Below, in pieces: positions 8,255-18,331 of a stretch of 63,111 nt of DNA; the first letter of the stretch is position 1, and each line of letters opens with the position of its first letter. Source of the DNA: an uncultured Gammaproteobacteria bacterium (GTDB lineage: Bacteria; Pseudomonadota; Gammaproteobacteria; SZUA-140); NCBI GenBank assembly GCA_945788675.1, contig CALZMY010000204.1, positions 1 through 63,111 of the forward strand, read 5' to 3'. Position numbers and translations under genes: made by a program. The notes beneath the pieces are model-generated. The model made no database searches. It was not told the DNA's origin and saw only the letters and a program-made list of their open reading frames with translations.

Positions 8255-9952
8255 TTACGGCTGCTGTTGTGCCTTGGTGATCATTTCATGTGCATGGGCA
8301 CGGGTCTGATCGGTGATGTCGATACCGCCGAGCATGCGCGCGATCTCTTCGTTGCGTTTTTCCTCATCCAGTGTTTGCACCTGAGTCTCGACACGCTTAT
8401 CAGTCAGCTGTTTGTTAACCTGTAGATGATGATGACCCAATGCGGCCACCTGTGGCAAGTGGGTAACACACAATACCTGGCGTGAGTTGCCAAGTTCGCG
8501 TAGTTTTTGGCCGACAATTTCGGCGACACGGCCACCAATGCCAACGTCGACCTCATCGAAGATCAGTGTTGGGATGCCCCCTTGTTGTGATGTAATCACC
8601 TGTATGGCAAGGCTGATACGTGATAGTTCACCACCGGAGGCGATCTTATTGAGCGCCTTGGCCATCTGGTTTGGGTTTGTTCTGACCAGAAATTCGATCT
8701 GCTCTGTGCCGTGTACGGTAAACTTTTCATCGTCACCATCAGACTGAAGGGGCGTGACTGTGATCTCGAAGGCGCCCCCTGGCATGCCGAGCCTGTGCAT
8801 GTTGTCACTGACGAGCCGGTTGAGTTTTTTAGCGGCGCTGCGGCGTCCTTTGCATAGTTTGCTCGCGAGTTTACGGTAGTGTGTCGCTTTTATTTCGATC
8901 TCTTTTTCGAGCTGATCCAGTGTCGCGTCTGCATTATCCAGGGAGGCCAGCTCGTCGCATAGCGTCTGATAATGTGCTGGCAACTCCGTTGGCCGTACGC
9001 GGTGTTTACGTGCTGCATCATGGATATCGCTGAGACGCTGTTCCACTTCGCTGAGGCGTTGCGGGTCAAGCTCCAGTGCATCGAGCTGCTGGCGCAGTTC
9101 GTGTGTCGCTTCGTTGATCTGAATGGCGGCGCTTTCCACCATCTCGACTACCGGGACGAGCTGTTTATCACTATCGAGCAGCGGTTGCAGCAGGGTGGTG
9201 ACCCGCTGCAACTGGTGGCTGATGGCGTGGTCATCATCGTCCAGTCTCTGTAGCGCTGCCTGGCTGGCATTGATCAGTTGTCCCGCATTGGCGAGACGTT
9301 TGTGTTCCTCTTCCAGTTGTTGCAGGCCGTTGGTCGTCAGGTTGAGTGCCTTAAGCTCTTCGGTCTGGTGGCGTAGCAGTGTCATCTGCTGGTCACGGGA
9401 ACGGGCGGCTTCGTTGAGCGTTGTGAATTCACGGTTGATCTTTTGCCACTGGCGGAAGGTGATGGCGACTTCATCGACAACTGTTTTGTGGTTGGCGTAG
9501 CGATCCAGCAGACGACGCTGTTCATCGCGTCTGACCAGTGACTGGTGTTCGTGCTGGCCGTGGATGTCGACCAGCTGCTCACCCAGTTCGCGTAACATTT
9601 GTAGCGTCGTTGGGCGGCCGTTGATATAGGCCCTGGAGCGTCCTTCTCTGGTGACAGTGCGGCGCAGCTGGCATTCGCCCGGATTACTGTCGTCATCGAG
9701 CTCATTGGAATGGAGCCATGTGGTTGCCTGCTCTGCATCGCTGAGTTCAAAGGTGGCGCTGATCTCGGCACGTTCGCTGCCGTGCCTCACCATGTCGCTG
9801 TCGGCACGGTCGCCAAGCACCTGTCCCAGGGCATCTATTAGTATCGATTTACCCGTGCCGGTTTCGCCAGTGAGTACTGACAGGCCGTTATTGAAATTGA
9901 GGTCGAGTTGTTCGACGATGGCAAAATTACGGATGTGGATGTGACTTAGCAT
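8255..9952 (-). CDS. recN: DNA repair protein RecN.
   Basis: 565 aa with the Walker A motif GETGTGKSI, a long coiled-coil middle, the SGGELSRISLAIQV signature and FDEVDVGIGG. Confidence 0.95.
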   Translation of the reverse strand: MLSHIHIRNFAIVEQLDLNFNNGLSVLTGETGTGKSILIDALGQVLGDRADSDMVRHGSERAEISATFELSDAEQATTWLHSNELDDDSNPGECQLRRTVTREGRSRAYINGRPTTLQMLRELGEQLVDIHGQHEHQSLVRRDEQRRLLDRYANHKTVVDEVAITFRQWQKINREFTTLNEAARSRDQQMTLLRHQTEELKALNLTTNGLQQLEEEHKRLANAGQLINASQAALQRLDDDDHAISHQLQRVTTLLQPLLDSDKQLVPVVEMVESAAIQINEATHELRQQLDALELDPQRLSEVEQRLSDIHDAARKHRVRPTELPAHYQTLCDELASLDNADATLDQLEKEIEIKATHYRKLASKLCKGRRSAAKKLNRLVSDNMHRLGMPGGAFEITVTPLQSDGDDEKFTVHGTEQIEFLVRTNPNQMAKALNKIASGGELSRISLAIQVITSQQGGIPTLIFDEVDVGIGGRVAEIVGQKLRELGNSRQVLCVTHLPQVAALGHHHLQVNKQLTDKRVETQVQTLDEEKRNEEIARMLGGIDITDQTRAHAHEMITKAQQQP

Positions 9953-9966
9953 GATGCGATATTTCG

Positions 9967-10848
9967 TTACGAAGTTTCGGCCCAGTGGAGTTTAGCCCTG
10001 AGAATCTCGTAATGGTCGTGTTGTGACGGGTGGATCAGCTGGATGGGCTGTTCCTTCTTTTTGACCTGGATGCGATCACCAGAGGAGAGTCCAAAACTGA
10101 TCTGGCCATCACAGGTGACCTGTGCATTGTCATGATTGCGCTCGCAGATCACCACCTCCACTTCTTTGTCGCCATCGATCACGATGGGGCGATTGCTCAT
10201 GGTGTGTGGGCAGACAGGCACCAGCAGCAGGGCGTTGAGCGTTGGGTCGATGATCGGTCCGCCGGCAGAGAGGGCGTAGGCAGTCGAGCCAGTGGGTGTC
10301 GAGATGATCAGCCCGTCGGAACGCTGCTGGTTTACCAGTTTGCCGTTGATATAGGTCTCCAGTTCGATCATGCGGGCGACATTCCATTTGTGGATGACGA
10401 CGTCATTGAAGGCGCTCGCCTCATTGAGCTTTTCGCCCTGGCGGATGATGGTACTGTTGAGCAGAAAGCGTTCTTCTGTGATGTAGTGGCCTTGCAGGAT
10501 CTCGCCGAGGTATTCGATCATATTATCGTGTGAGATGTCGGTCAGAAAGCCGAGACGGCCAAGATTGACACCGGCCAGCGGCACATTGTGATCGGCCAGT
10601 GCGCGTGCGGCGTTGAGCAGTGTGCCGTCACCACCGACGACGATGGCGAGGTCGCAGCGCTCACCAATTTCATTACGGCTACAGACCTGCAGTGAACTGT
10701 TGACGACAATATCGGCATTCACCTCGTCGAGGTAGACGGTCAGCCCCTGTTCCAATAGCGATTGACTAAGGGTCTCCAGTGCCTCGCCAACGCGCGGGTC
10801 ACTCTGTTTGCCAATCAGGCCGATGGTTTTAAATGTTTGTTGTGTCAT
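9967..10848 (-). CDS. nadK: NAD(+) kinase.
   Basis: VVGGDGTLLNAAR and STPTGSTAYALSAGGPI motifs. The grpE-nadK-recN neighbourhood is typical of Gammaproteobacteria. Confidence 0.95.
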   Translation of the reverse strand: MTQQTFKTIGLIGKQSDPRVGEALETLSQSLLEQGLTVYLDEVNADIVVNSSLQVCSRNEIGERCDLAIVVGGDGTLLNAARALADHNVPLAGVNLGRLGFLTDISHDNMIEYLGEILQGHYITEERFLLNSTIIRQGEKLNEASAFNDVVIHKWNVARMIELETYINGKLVNQQRSDGLIISTPTGSTAYALSAGGPIIDPTLNALLLVPVCPHTMSNRPIVIDGDKEVEVVICERNHDNAQVTCDGQISFGLSSGDRIQVKKKEQPIQLIHPSQHDHYEILRAKLHWAETS

Positions 10849-10941
10849 CGTTTTTTCCGTTTCTCACGAATTTCCTACACGCCTCGTTGCGAAAGTATCA
10901 CGGACGCCACAAATCGCCAATAACTTCATTTTATCAATGAC

Positions 10942-10970
10942 TTGCAAATTCGAGTTTAGCACTCTAAGAT
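10942..10970 (+). promoter_or_regulatory. Sigma-70-like promoter for hrcA (TTGCAA-17 nt-TAAGAT).
   Basis: The -35 hexamer TTGCAA is at 10942..10947 and the -10 hexamer TAAGAT is at 10965..10970 with a 17-nt spacer. The -10 lies inside the CIRCE spacer. Confidence 0.45.
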
Positions 10971-10982
10971 TGCGAGTGCTAA
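10956..10982. promoter_or_regulatory. CIRCE operator (HrcA binding site).
   Basis: TTAGCACTC-TAAGATTGC-GAGTGCTAA is a perfect match to the consensus TTAGCACTC-N9-GAGTGCTAA. It ends 47 nt upstream of the hrcA start. Confidence 0.9.
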
Positions 10983-11029
10983 TATCTGCAACCCATATTT
11001 AAACAGCTGATTAAGACCTGAGATAGACA

Positions 11030-12079
11030 GTGGCAGAAGAACTTGGAGATCGCGCTCAGCATCTGCTTAAGGTGTTAGTGGAGAGCTATATTCGCAGCGG
11101 ACAGCCGATCGGTTCGCGTGCGCTAGCGCGTGATTCCGGGCTTGATGTGAGTGCGGCGACGGTGCGCAATGCGATGGCCGATCTTGAAGAGCTTGGCATG
11201 GTCTGTTCACCTCACACCTCAGCCGGGCGTATCCCGACTAATAAGGGTTATCGCATCTTTGTTGATTCACTGCTGACGATCAAACCGCTGAGTGAGCGCG
11301 AGATTGTGACGATGCGCGGTCAGCTTGGCAGGGAAGAGTCGGATCGGGAATTAGCGGCATCGGTCTCAAACTACCTTGCGGGGATTACAGAGATGGCCGG
11401 GATGGTGATGATCCCGCGTACCGCGAAGCGTTCTTCGTTGCGCCATATCGAGTTTATGCCGCTCTCTGATAACCGCGTCCTGGCGATTTTGGTGATCAAC
11501 GAAAAAGATGTGCAGAACACGGTGATCAAGGCGGATCGCCATTATTCGGCAGCGGAGTTACAGCAGTCAGCCAATTATCTGAATAGCGAGCTGGCGGGGC
11601 ATGAACTGTTTGATGTGCGTCATCGTATTCTCAAGGAGTTGCGCGAGACCAAGGCCGGTATGGAGCAGATGATGCATCAGGCGATTACGATGGCTGAGCA
11701 GGTATTTGATCAGCCAGCATCACCGTCGGATAGCGATGATTTTGTGATGAGTGGTCAGACTCGTTTGATGGAGTTCGAAGAACTGTCAGATATCGATAAA
11801 TTGCGTGGTCTGTTCGAGGCCTTTAATGAAAAACAACAGATCCTGCAGCTGCTGGATCAATGTCTCGATGGCGATGGGGTGCAGATCTTCATCGGTGATG
11901 AGTCGGGTTATGGCGTGCTGGATGAGTGCAGTATGGTGACCTCTGGCTATCAGGTGGATGGCGAGGTACTTGGAATTTTGGGTGTGATTGGCCCGACACG
12001 GATGGCCTATGAGCGAGTGATCCCAATTGTCGATGTGACGGCAAAATTGGTGAGCGCCGCCTTGGCTCAGTCAAAATAG
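11030..12079 (+). CDS. hrcA: Heat-inducible transcription repressor HrcA.
   Basis: 349 aa with a GTG start. The N-terminal winged-helix region (LLKVLVESYIRSGQPIGSRALA...VSAATVRNAMADLEELG) is followed by the typical HrcA C-terminal domain. Confidence 0.95.
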   Translation: MAEELGDRAQHLLKVLVESYIRSGQPIGSRALARDSGLDVSAATVRNAMADLEELGMVCSPHTSAGRIPTNKGYRIFVDSLLTIKPLSEREIVTMRGQLGREESDRELAASVSNYLAGITEMAGMVMIPRTAKRSSLRHIEFMPLSDNRVLAILVINEKDVQNTVIKADRHYSAAELQQSANYLNSELAGHELFDVRHRILKELRETKAGMEQMMHQAITMAEQVFDQPASPSDSDDFVMSGQTRLMEFEELSDIDKLRGLFEAFNEKQQILQLLDQCLDGDGVQIFIGDESGYGVLDECSMVTSGYQVDGEVLGILGVIGPTRMAYERVIPIVDVTAKLVSAALAQSK

Positions 12080-12133
12080 CCCCTATTATAGATTAATTAT
12101 TATCACAATTTCTGGATTGGAGAGTCATAGATC

Positions 12134-12769
12134 ATGAGTAAAGAACAGGAAGTATCTAGCAGCGCTGAAGAGATTCAGGCGGCATCTGAAGGTGAAATCG
12201 AGTCTGGAAATGAGCAGGTGGTTGAAGGTGAAGCCCCGCTCCAGTCACACGAAGAGCTGTTGCTGACGCTGCAAGATGCGCAGGCAAAGGCGGATGAATA
12301 CTGGAACCAGCTGTTGATGGCCCGGGCGGATCTTTCTAACGTGCAGCGGCGCGCAGAGCGTGATCTGGCCAATGCCCATAAATATGGTGTAGAGAAGCTG
12401 GCGCTGGAGCTAATCCCGATTAAGGACAGTATGGAGCTGGGGATGGCAGCCGTTGCCGAAGGTGATGAGCAGGATGAGGGGCGCGCCAAGATCAGGGAAG
12501 GGATGGAACTGACGCTACAGATGTTCTCTGGCGTGCTGGAGAAATTTGGCATCAAAGAGGTTAATCCGCAGGGCGAAAAGTTTAACCCTGAGTTTCATCA
12601 GGCGATGTCGATGCAGGAGACCAGCGATTTTGCCCCGAATACTGTGATGGCGGTATTTCAGAAAGGTTACGTGTTGAGTGATCGTCTGATTCGTCCTGCG
12701 ATGGTCGTTGTGTCGAAGGCTGCGGCAGGCCAGGACGATCAGCAGAATAAAATTGATGAAACGGCTTGA
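12134..12769 (+). CDS. grpE: Nucleotide exchange factor GrpE.
   Basis: Acidic N-terminus, RRAERDLANAHKYGVEKLALELIPIKDSME and FNPEFHQAM...GYVLSDRLIRPAMVVV. Confidence 0.95.
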   Translation: MSKEQEVSSSAEEIQAASEGEIESGNEQVVEGEAPLQSHEELLLTLQDAQAKADEYWNQLLMARADLSNVQRRAERDLANAHKYGVEKLALELIPIKDSMELGMAAVAEGDEQDEGRAKIREGMELTLQMFSGVLEKFGIKEVNPQGEKFNPEFHQAMSMQETSDFAPNTVMAVFQKGYVLSDRLIRPAMVVVSKAAAGQDDQQNKIDETA

Positions 12770-12794
12770 AAAGCCGAATCACAGACATTATATC
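12766..12794 (+). promoter_or_regulatory. Promoter-like element upstream of dnaK (TTGAAA-17 nt-TATATC).
   Basis: CTTGAAA overlaps the grpE stop, and a -10-like TATATC follows 17 nt later. It could be sigma-70 or a degenerate sigma-32 site. There is no CIRCE here. Confidence 0.3.
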
Positions 12795-12864
12795 GAGATG
12801 CAAGCTTAATAAATTTTTTATAAACAGATAAGTAATAACAGATTTAACAACGGAGATTCAGGAT

Positions 12865-14814
12865 ATGGGAAAAATAATTGGTATTGACTTGGGTACCACC
12901 AACTCTTGTGTAGCAGTGATGGATGGTGACAAGCCGCGTGTGCTCGAGAACAGCGAGGGTAACCGTACCACCCCATCTGTTGTTGCTTACACTGATGATA
13001 ACGAAATTCTGGTAGGGCAGTCGGCCAAGCGCCAGGCAGTCACCAATCCTATCAACACCCTGTTTGCAATCAAGCGTCTGATCGGACGTCGTTTTGATGA
13101 AGAAGTGGTACAGCGTGATATCAAACTGGTGCCATACAATATTGTCAAGGCTGACAATGGTGATGCCTGGGTTGAGGTTAATGGTAATAAGATGGCCGCC
13201 CCTGAGGTCTCCGCACGTGTTTTGATGAAGATGAAAAAGACCGCTGAAGATTTTCTCGGTGAAGAGGTGACAGAAGCTGTCATTACCGTACCAGCCTATT
13301 TTAATGATTCGCAGCGTCAGGCCACCAAGGATGCAGGCAAGATCGCTGGTCTTGATGTGAAGCGTATCATCAATGAGCCAACTGCGGCGGCGCTGGCCTA
13401 CGGCATGGATAAAAATCGTGGTGATTCCAAGATCGCAGTTTATGATCTGGGTGGTGGTACCTTTGATATCTCAATTATCGAGATTGCAGAGATTGAAGGT
13501 GAGCATCAGTTTGAAGTACTGTCGACCAATGGTGATACCTTCCTCGGTGGTGAAGATTTTGATACCCGCCTGATCGACTATCTCTCTGACGAATTCAAGA
13601 AAGACTCGGGTGTTGATCTGCATACCGATCCACTCGCACTGCAGCGTCTGAAAGAGGCGGCAGAGAAGGCGAAGATCGAACTTTCGTCAAGTCAGCAGAC
13701 CGACGTCAACCTGCCGTACATCACTGCGGATGCAAGTGGTCCAAAACATCTTAATATCAAGATGACCCGTGCCAAGCTGGAGTCGCTGGTTGAAGATCTC
13801 GTAATGGGGTCGATTGAGCCGTGTAAGATTGCACTGAAAGATGCAGGCCTGAGCGCCTCTGAGATTGATGATGTGATCCTTGTCGGTGGTCAGACCCGTA
13901 TGCCGAAGGTGCAGGAGGCGGTGCAAAATTTCTTTGGTCGCGAACCACGTAAGGATGTTAACCCGGATGAGGCGGTTGCTGTGGGTGCTGCGATTCAGGG
14001 TGGCGTATTGGGCGGTGACGTTAAAGATGTTCTGCTGCTTGATGTTACCCCGTTATCGCTAGGTATCGAAACCATGGGTGGCGTGATGACCAAGCTGATT
14101 GAAAAGAACACCACTATCCCTACCAAGGCGAGCCAGGTGTTCTCGACTGCTGATGATAACCAAACCGCAGTGACCGTGCATGTGTTGCAGGGTGAGCGTG
14201 AAGTGGCAACGGCCAATAAATCACTGGGCCGATTTGACCTGAGCGATATTCCACCAGCACAGCGTGGTGTACCGCAGATCGAGGTGAGCTTTGACATCGA
14301 TGCCAACGGTATCCTCAATGTTTCTGCAAAAGACAAGGCGACGGGTAAAGAGCAGTCGATTGTGATCAAGGCCTCCAGCGGTCTGTCGGATGAAGAGGTT
14401 GCACAGATGGTCTCGGATGCCGAGGCGCATGCGGAAGATGATCGCAAGTTCCACGAACTGGTGGCGGCACGTAATCAGGCGGACAACATGATCCACGCGG
14501 TTAATAAATCTGTTGAAGACCTGGGTGATCAGGTTGATGCAGAAGAGAAGAGCAAGATCGAAGCGGCGATCGAAGACCTTAAGGGTGTATTGCAGGGCGA
14601 TGACCTGGAGCAGATTGAAGCGAAGACCAAAGCGCTGACCGAGGCCTCTGCAAAGATTGCAGAAAAAGCCTATGCACAGCAGGGCGGTGCTGAAGGTGCA
14701 GGTGCTGCTGAAGCAGCGCAAGAGGGTGCTTCTTCTAGCAGTACCGAAGGTGCCGGCAACGAAAATGTTGTGGATGCCGAATTTGAAGAAGTGAAGGATG
14801 ATAAAAAGAAGTAG
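12865..14814 (+). CDS. dnaK: Molecular chaperone DnaK (Hsp70).
   Basis: [26 protein letters not shown] and [11 protein letters not shown] motifs over 649 aa. Confidence 0.98.
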   Translation: MGKIIGIDLGTTNSCVAVMDGDKPRVLENSEGNRTTPSVVAYTDDNEILVGQSAKRQAVTNPINTLFAIKRLIGRRFDEEVVQRDIKLVPYNIVKADNGDAWVEVNGNKMAAPEVSARVLMKMKKTAEDFLGEEVTEAVITVPAYFNDSQRQATKDAGKIAGLDVKRIINEPTAAALAYGMDKNRGDSKIAVYDLGGGTFDISIIEIAEIEGEHQFEVLSTNGDTFLGGEDFDTRLIDYLSDEFKKDSGVDLHTDPLALQRLKEAAEKAKIELSSSQQTDVNLPYITADASGPKHLNIKMTRAKLESLVEDLVMGSIEPCKIALKDAGLSASEIDDVILVGGQTRMPKVQEAVQNFFGREPRKDVNPDEAVAVGAAIQGGVLGGDVKDVLLLDVTPLSLGIETMGGVMTKLIEKNTTIPTKASQVFSTADDNQTAVTVHVLQGEREVATANKSLGRFDLSDIPPAQRGVPQIEVSFDIDANGILNVSAKDKATGKEQSIVIKASSGLSDEEVAQMVSDAEAHAEDDRKFHELVAARNQADNMIHAVNKSVEDLGDQVDAEEKSKIEAAIEDLKGVLQGDDLEQIEAKTKALTEASAKIAEKAYAQQGGAEGAGAAEAAQEGASSSSTEGAGNENVVDAEFEEVKDDKKK

Positions 14815-14885
14815 TCCGTGAACAATGGGGTGCGATTATTACATGGCGTGCCATTTAGTACCTCATTGAGCGTGATATTTTGAGG

Positions 14886-14919
14886 CGCGGGGTTTTTGAA
14901 CCCCGCGTCTTTTATGTTT
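14886..14919 (+). terminator. Rho-independent terminator (or attenuator) between dnaK and dnaJ.
   Basis: CGCGGGGTT-TTTG-AACCCCGCG forms a 9-bp GC-rich stem, followed by TCTTTTATGTTT. Confidence 0.7.
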
Positions 14920-14966
14920 AGTACGTAGAAAATATTTTTCCAGCAATAGAGATTTAGGCAGAGAAT

Positions 14967-16115
14967 ATGGCGAAAAGGGATTACTACGAGGTACTTGGGG
15001 TAGCGAAAAATGCCTCGGATGCTGAGTTGAAAAAGGCTTACCGACGGCTGGCGATGAAGCATCATCCGGATCGTAACCCCGATAACAAAGGTGCAGAAGA
15101 AAAATTCAAGGAGGCCAAAGAGGCCTACGAGACACTTGCTGACGCGCAAAAGCGTGCAGCCTATGACCAGTTTGGCCACGCCGGCGTCGATCCATCTGCG
15201 GGCGGTTTTGGGGGTGGTCGTGGTGGTGGTAGCGGTAATTTTAGCGATATTTTTGATGATGTCTTTGGTGATATCTTTGGTGGTTCACGTGGCGCAGGTG
15301 CGGGTGGTCAGGGGCATGTTTACCGCGGTGCCGATCTCCGTTATGACCTCGACCTGAGTCTCGAAGATGCAGTGCAGGGCACCACCGTTAAGGTGCGTCT
15401 ACCCACCAAAGTCCAGTGTACTACCTGTAATGGTAGTGGTGCCAAGAAAGGGAGTTCGCCAACCGTCTGCGCAACCTGTAACGGGCAGGGGCAGGTGCGG
15501 ATGCAACAGGGTTTCTTCTCGATCCAGCAGGCGTGTCCTAAATGTAAAGGTAAAGGGAAAACGATCTCTTCTCCCTGTGGTGACTGCCATGGTGAAGGGC
15601 GTAAGCAGGAACAGAAGACACTGTCAGTGAAGATCCCTGCCGGTGTTGATAGCGGTGATCGGATTCGTCTTTCTGGTGAAGGCGAGGCGGGTGAAAATGG
15701 TGGGCCTGCCGGAGACCTCTATGTGCAGGTGCGGGTGCGCGCGCATTCGATCTTCTCACGTGATGGCAGTAACCTCTATTGTGAGATGCCGATCAGTTTT
15801 GTCACCGCCGCCCTGGGTGGTGAGCTGGATGTGCCGACGCTTTCCGGTCGTGTGAAGTTGAAAATCCCCACTGAGACGCAGACTGGGCGTGTTTTCCGCC
15901 TGCGTGAAAAGGGGGTTAAGTCGGTCCATGGCGGTGCCGTGGGTGATCTCCTGTGTAAGGTGATTGTTGAGACCCCGGTGAGCCTCAGTGCTCAGCAGAA
16001 AGAGATTTTGCAGGAGTTCGAGGGAACGTTAGTGGATGCAGGTAGCAAGCACAGTCCTAAGTCTCATTCGTGGTTTGGTGGGGTGAAGAAGTTCTTCGAA
16101 GATTTGAAGATTTAA
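14967..16115 (+). CDS. dnaJ: Molecular chaperone DnaJ.
   Basis: J domain with KHHPDRNP, a G/F-rich linker and four CxxCxGxG zinc-finger repeats. Confidence 0.97.
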   Translation: MAKRDYYEVLGVAKNASDAELKKAYRRLAMKHHPDRNPDNKGAEEKFKEAKEAYETLADAQKRAAYDQFGHAGVDPSAGGFGGGRGGGSGNFSDIFDDVFGDIFGGSRGAGAGGQGHVYRGADLRYDLDLSLEDAVQGTTVKVRLPTKVQCTTCNGSGAKKGSSPTVCATCNGQGQVRMQQGFFSIQQACPKCKGKGKTISSPCGDCHGEGRKQEQKTLSVKIPAGVDSGDRIRLSGEGEAGENGGPAGDLYVQVRVRAHSIFSRDGSNLYCEMPISFVTAALGGELDVPTLSGRVKLKIPTETQTGRVFRLREKGVKSVHGGAVGDLLCKVIVETPVSLSAQQKEILQEFEGTLVDAGSKHSPKSHSWFGGVKKFFEDLKI

Positions 16116-16952
<837 letters not shown>

Positions 16953-17138
16953 CGTCATCATCTATACTCTTTTCCCGTATTGATCATGATGTTGGATGGA
17001 CACCCTACATTCAGATAGGGTAAAATCCTGTCGTCTGAACAGCGTGATCGTGGCTGCGTAGGCAATCAAACTATATTGAGTTTTTAGGCGGGATGAGTTC
17101 ATGGCTCTTCCCGCTTTGTCTATCTGCTGGAGAAGAAT

Positions 17139-18272
17139 GTGTCGCAACCTGCCTTGTTAGCCCTTGAAGATGGAAGTCTGTTCTGGGGGATCGCCATTGG
17201 TGCGGCAGGCGAGACGACGGGTGAGGTGGTATTTAATACCTCGATCACCGGTTATCAGGAGATCCTCACCGACCCATCCTATTCAAAACAGATTGTCACC
17301 CTGACCCAGCCACACATCGGTAATGTCGGCGCTAACGCTGATGATGAAGAGTCGGGTGGGATCGCCGCCAGCGGGCTTGTGATTCGAGACCTGCCGCTGA
17401 CCCATAGCAGCTGGCGTGCTGAAGAGTCACTGGCCAGCTACCTTGAGCGTCATAACGTCATCGGTATTGCCGATATCGATACTCGTCGCCTGACACGAAT
17501 TCTGCGTGACAAGGGGGCGCAAAATGGCTGTATTGCCACTGGCGAGAAGATCGATGAAGCGGCCGCAATAGACGCAGCCCGCGGCTTTCCTGGCCTAAAG
17601 GGAATGGATCTTGCCAAAGAGGTGACGACGGACAACGCTTACCCATGGGACCAGGGTGTTGGGCGTTGGTCAACCTCAACCATACAGCACGCAGCTGACG
17701 GTCACAGATTCAAGGTGGTCGCCTACGACTTTGGGGTAAAACGAAATATTCTGCGCATACTGGTTGAGCGTGGTTGCAATGTGACGGTAGTGCCGGCACA
17801 CACGCCCGCCAGTGAGGTACTCGCGATGCAACCCGATGGGATCTTTTTGTCGAACGGGCCGGGCGACCCCGCACCCTGTGACTACGCCATCAGCGCCATT
17901 CGTACCTTTATTGAAACAACCGATATCCCGATGTTTGGTATCTGCCTCGGTCATCAGCTGCTGGCACTCGCCTGCGGTGCTGAGACTGAGAAGATGAAGT
18001 TTGGTCACCACGGCGCCAACCATCCCGTGCAGGACCTCGATAGCGGTGCGGTGATGATCACCAGTCAGAACCACGGTTTTGCAGTGGCCGAGGCAACATT
18101 GCCAGCCACGCTGCGCGCGACACATCGTTCGCTGTTTGATCAATCGCTCCAGGGGATTCACCACACTGAAAAACCGGCCTTCGGTTTTCAGGGGCACCCT
18201 GAGGCAAGTCCGGGGCCGCACGACGCTGCCTTTCTGTTCGATCACTTTATTGACCTGATGCAGCAGCGCTAA
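17139..18272 (+). CDS. carA: Carbamoyl-phosphate synthase small subunit.
   Basis: [26 protein letters not shown] (GATase Cys) and [11 protein letters not shown] start. Confidence 0.95.
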   Translation: MSQPALLALEDGSLFWGIAIGAAGETTGEVVFNTSITGYQEILTDPSYSKQIVTLTQPHIGNVGANADDEESGGIAASGLVIRDLPLTHSSWRAEESLASYLERHNVIGIADIDTRRLTRILRDKGAQNGCIATGEKIDEAAAIDAARGFPGLKGMDLAKEVTTDNAYPWDQGVGRWSTSTIQHAADGHRFKVVAYDFGVKRNILRILVERGCNVTVVPAHTPASEVLAMQPDGIFLSNGPGDPAPCDYAISAIRTFIETTDIPMFGICLGHQLLALACGAETEKMKFGHHGANHPVQDLDSGAVMITSQNHGFAVAEATLPATLRATHRSLFDQSLQGIHHTEKPAFGFQGHPEASPGPHDAAFLFDHFIDLMQQR

Positions 18273-18331
18273 TCAATTAAGTGACGGGCGATTACGTGAA
18301 CCTTTATTGTGACCTTTTACTGAAATAAAAA

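Noticed and set aside
9953-10060. Looked for a LexA/SOS box (CTG-N10-CAG) upstream of recN.
   Set aside because: Only 14 nt separate the nadK stop from the recN start. I could not find a convincing CTGT-N8-ACAG site in the nadK 3' end, so no SOS operator is claimed.
12765-12794. Sigma-32 heat-shock promoter assignment for dnaK.
   Set aside because: CTTGAAA fits the -35, but the -10 region (AGACATTAT) lacks the CCCC run, and the spacing to a CCCCAT-type alignment would be only 11 nt. It is kept only as a generic promoter-like feature.
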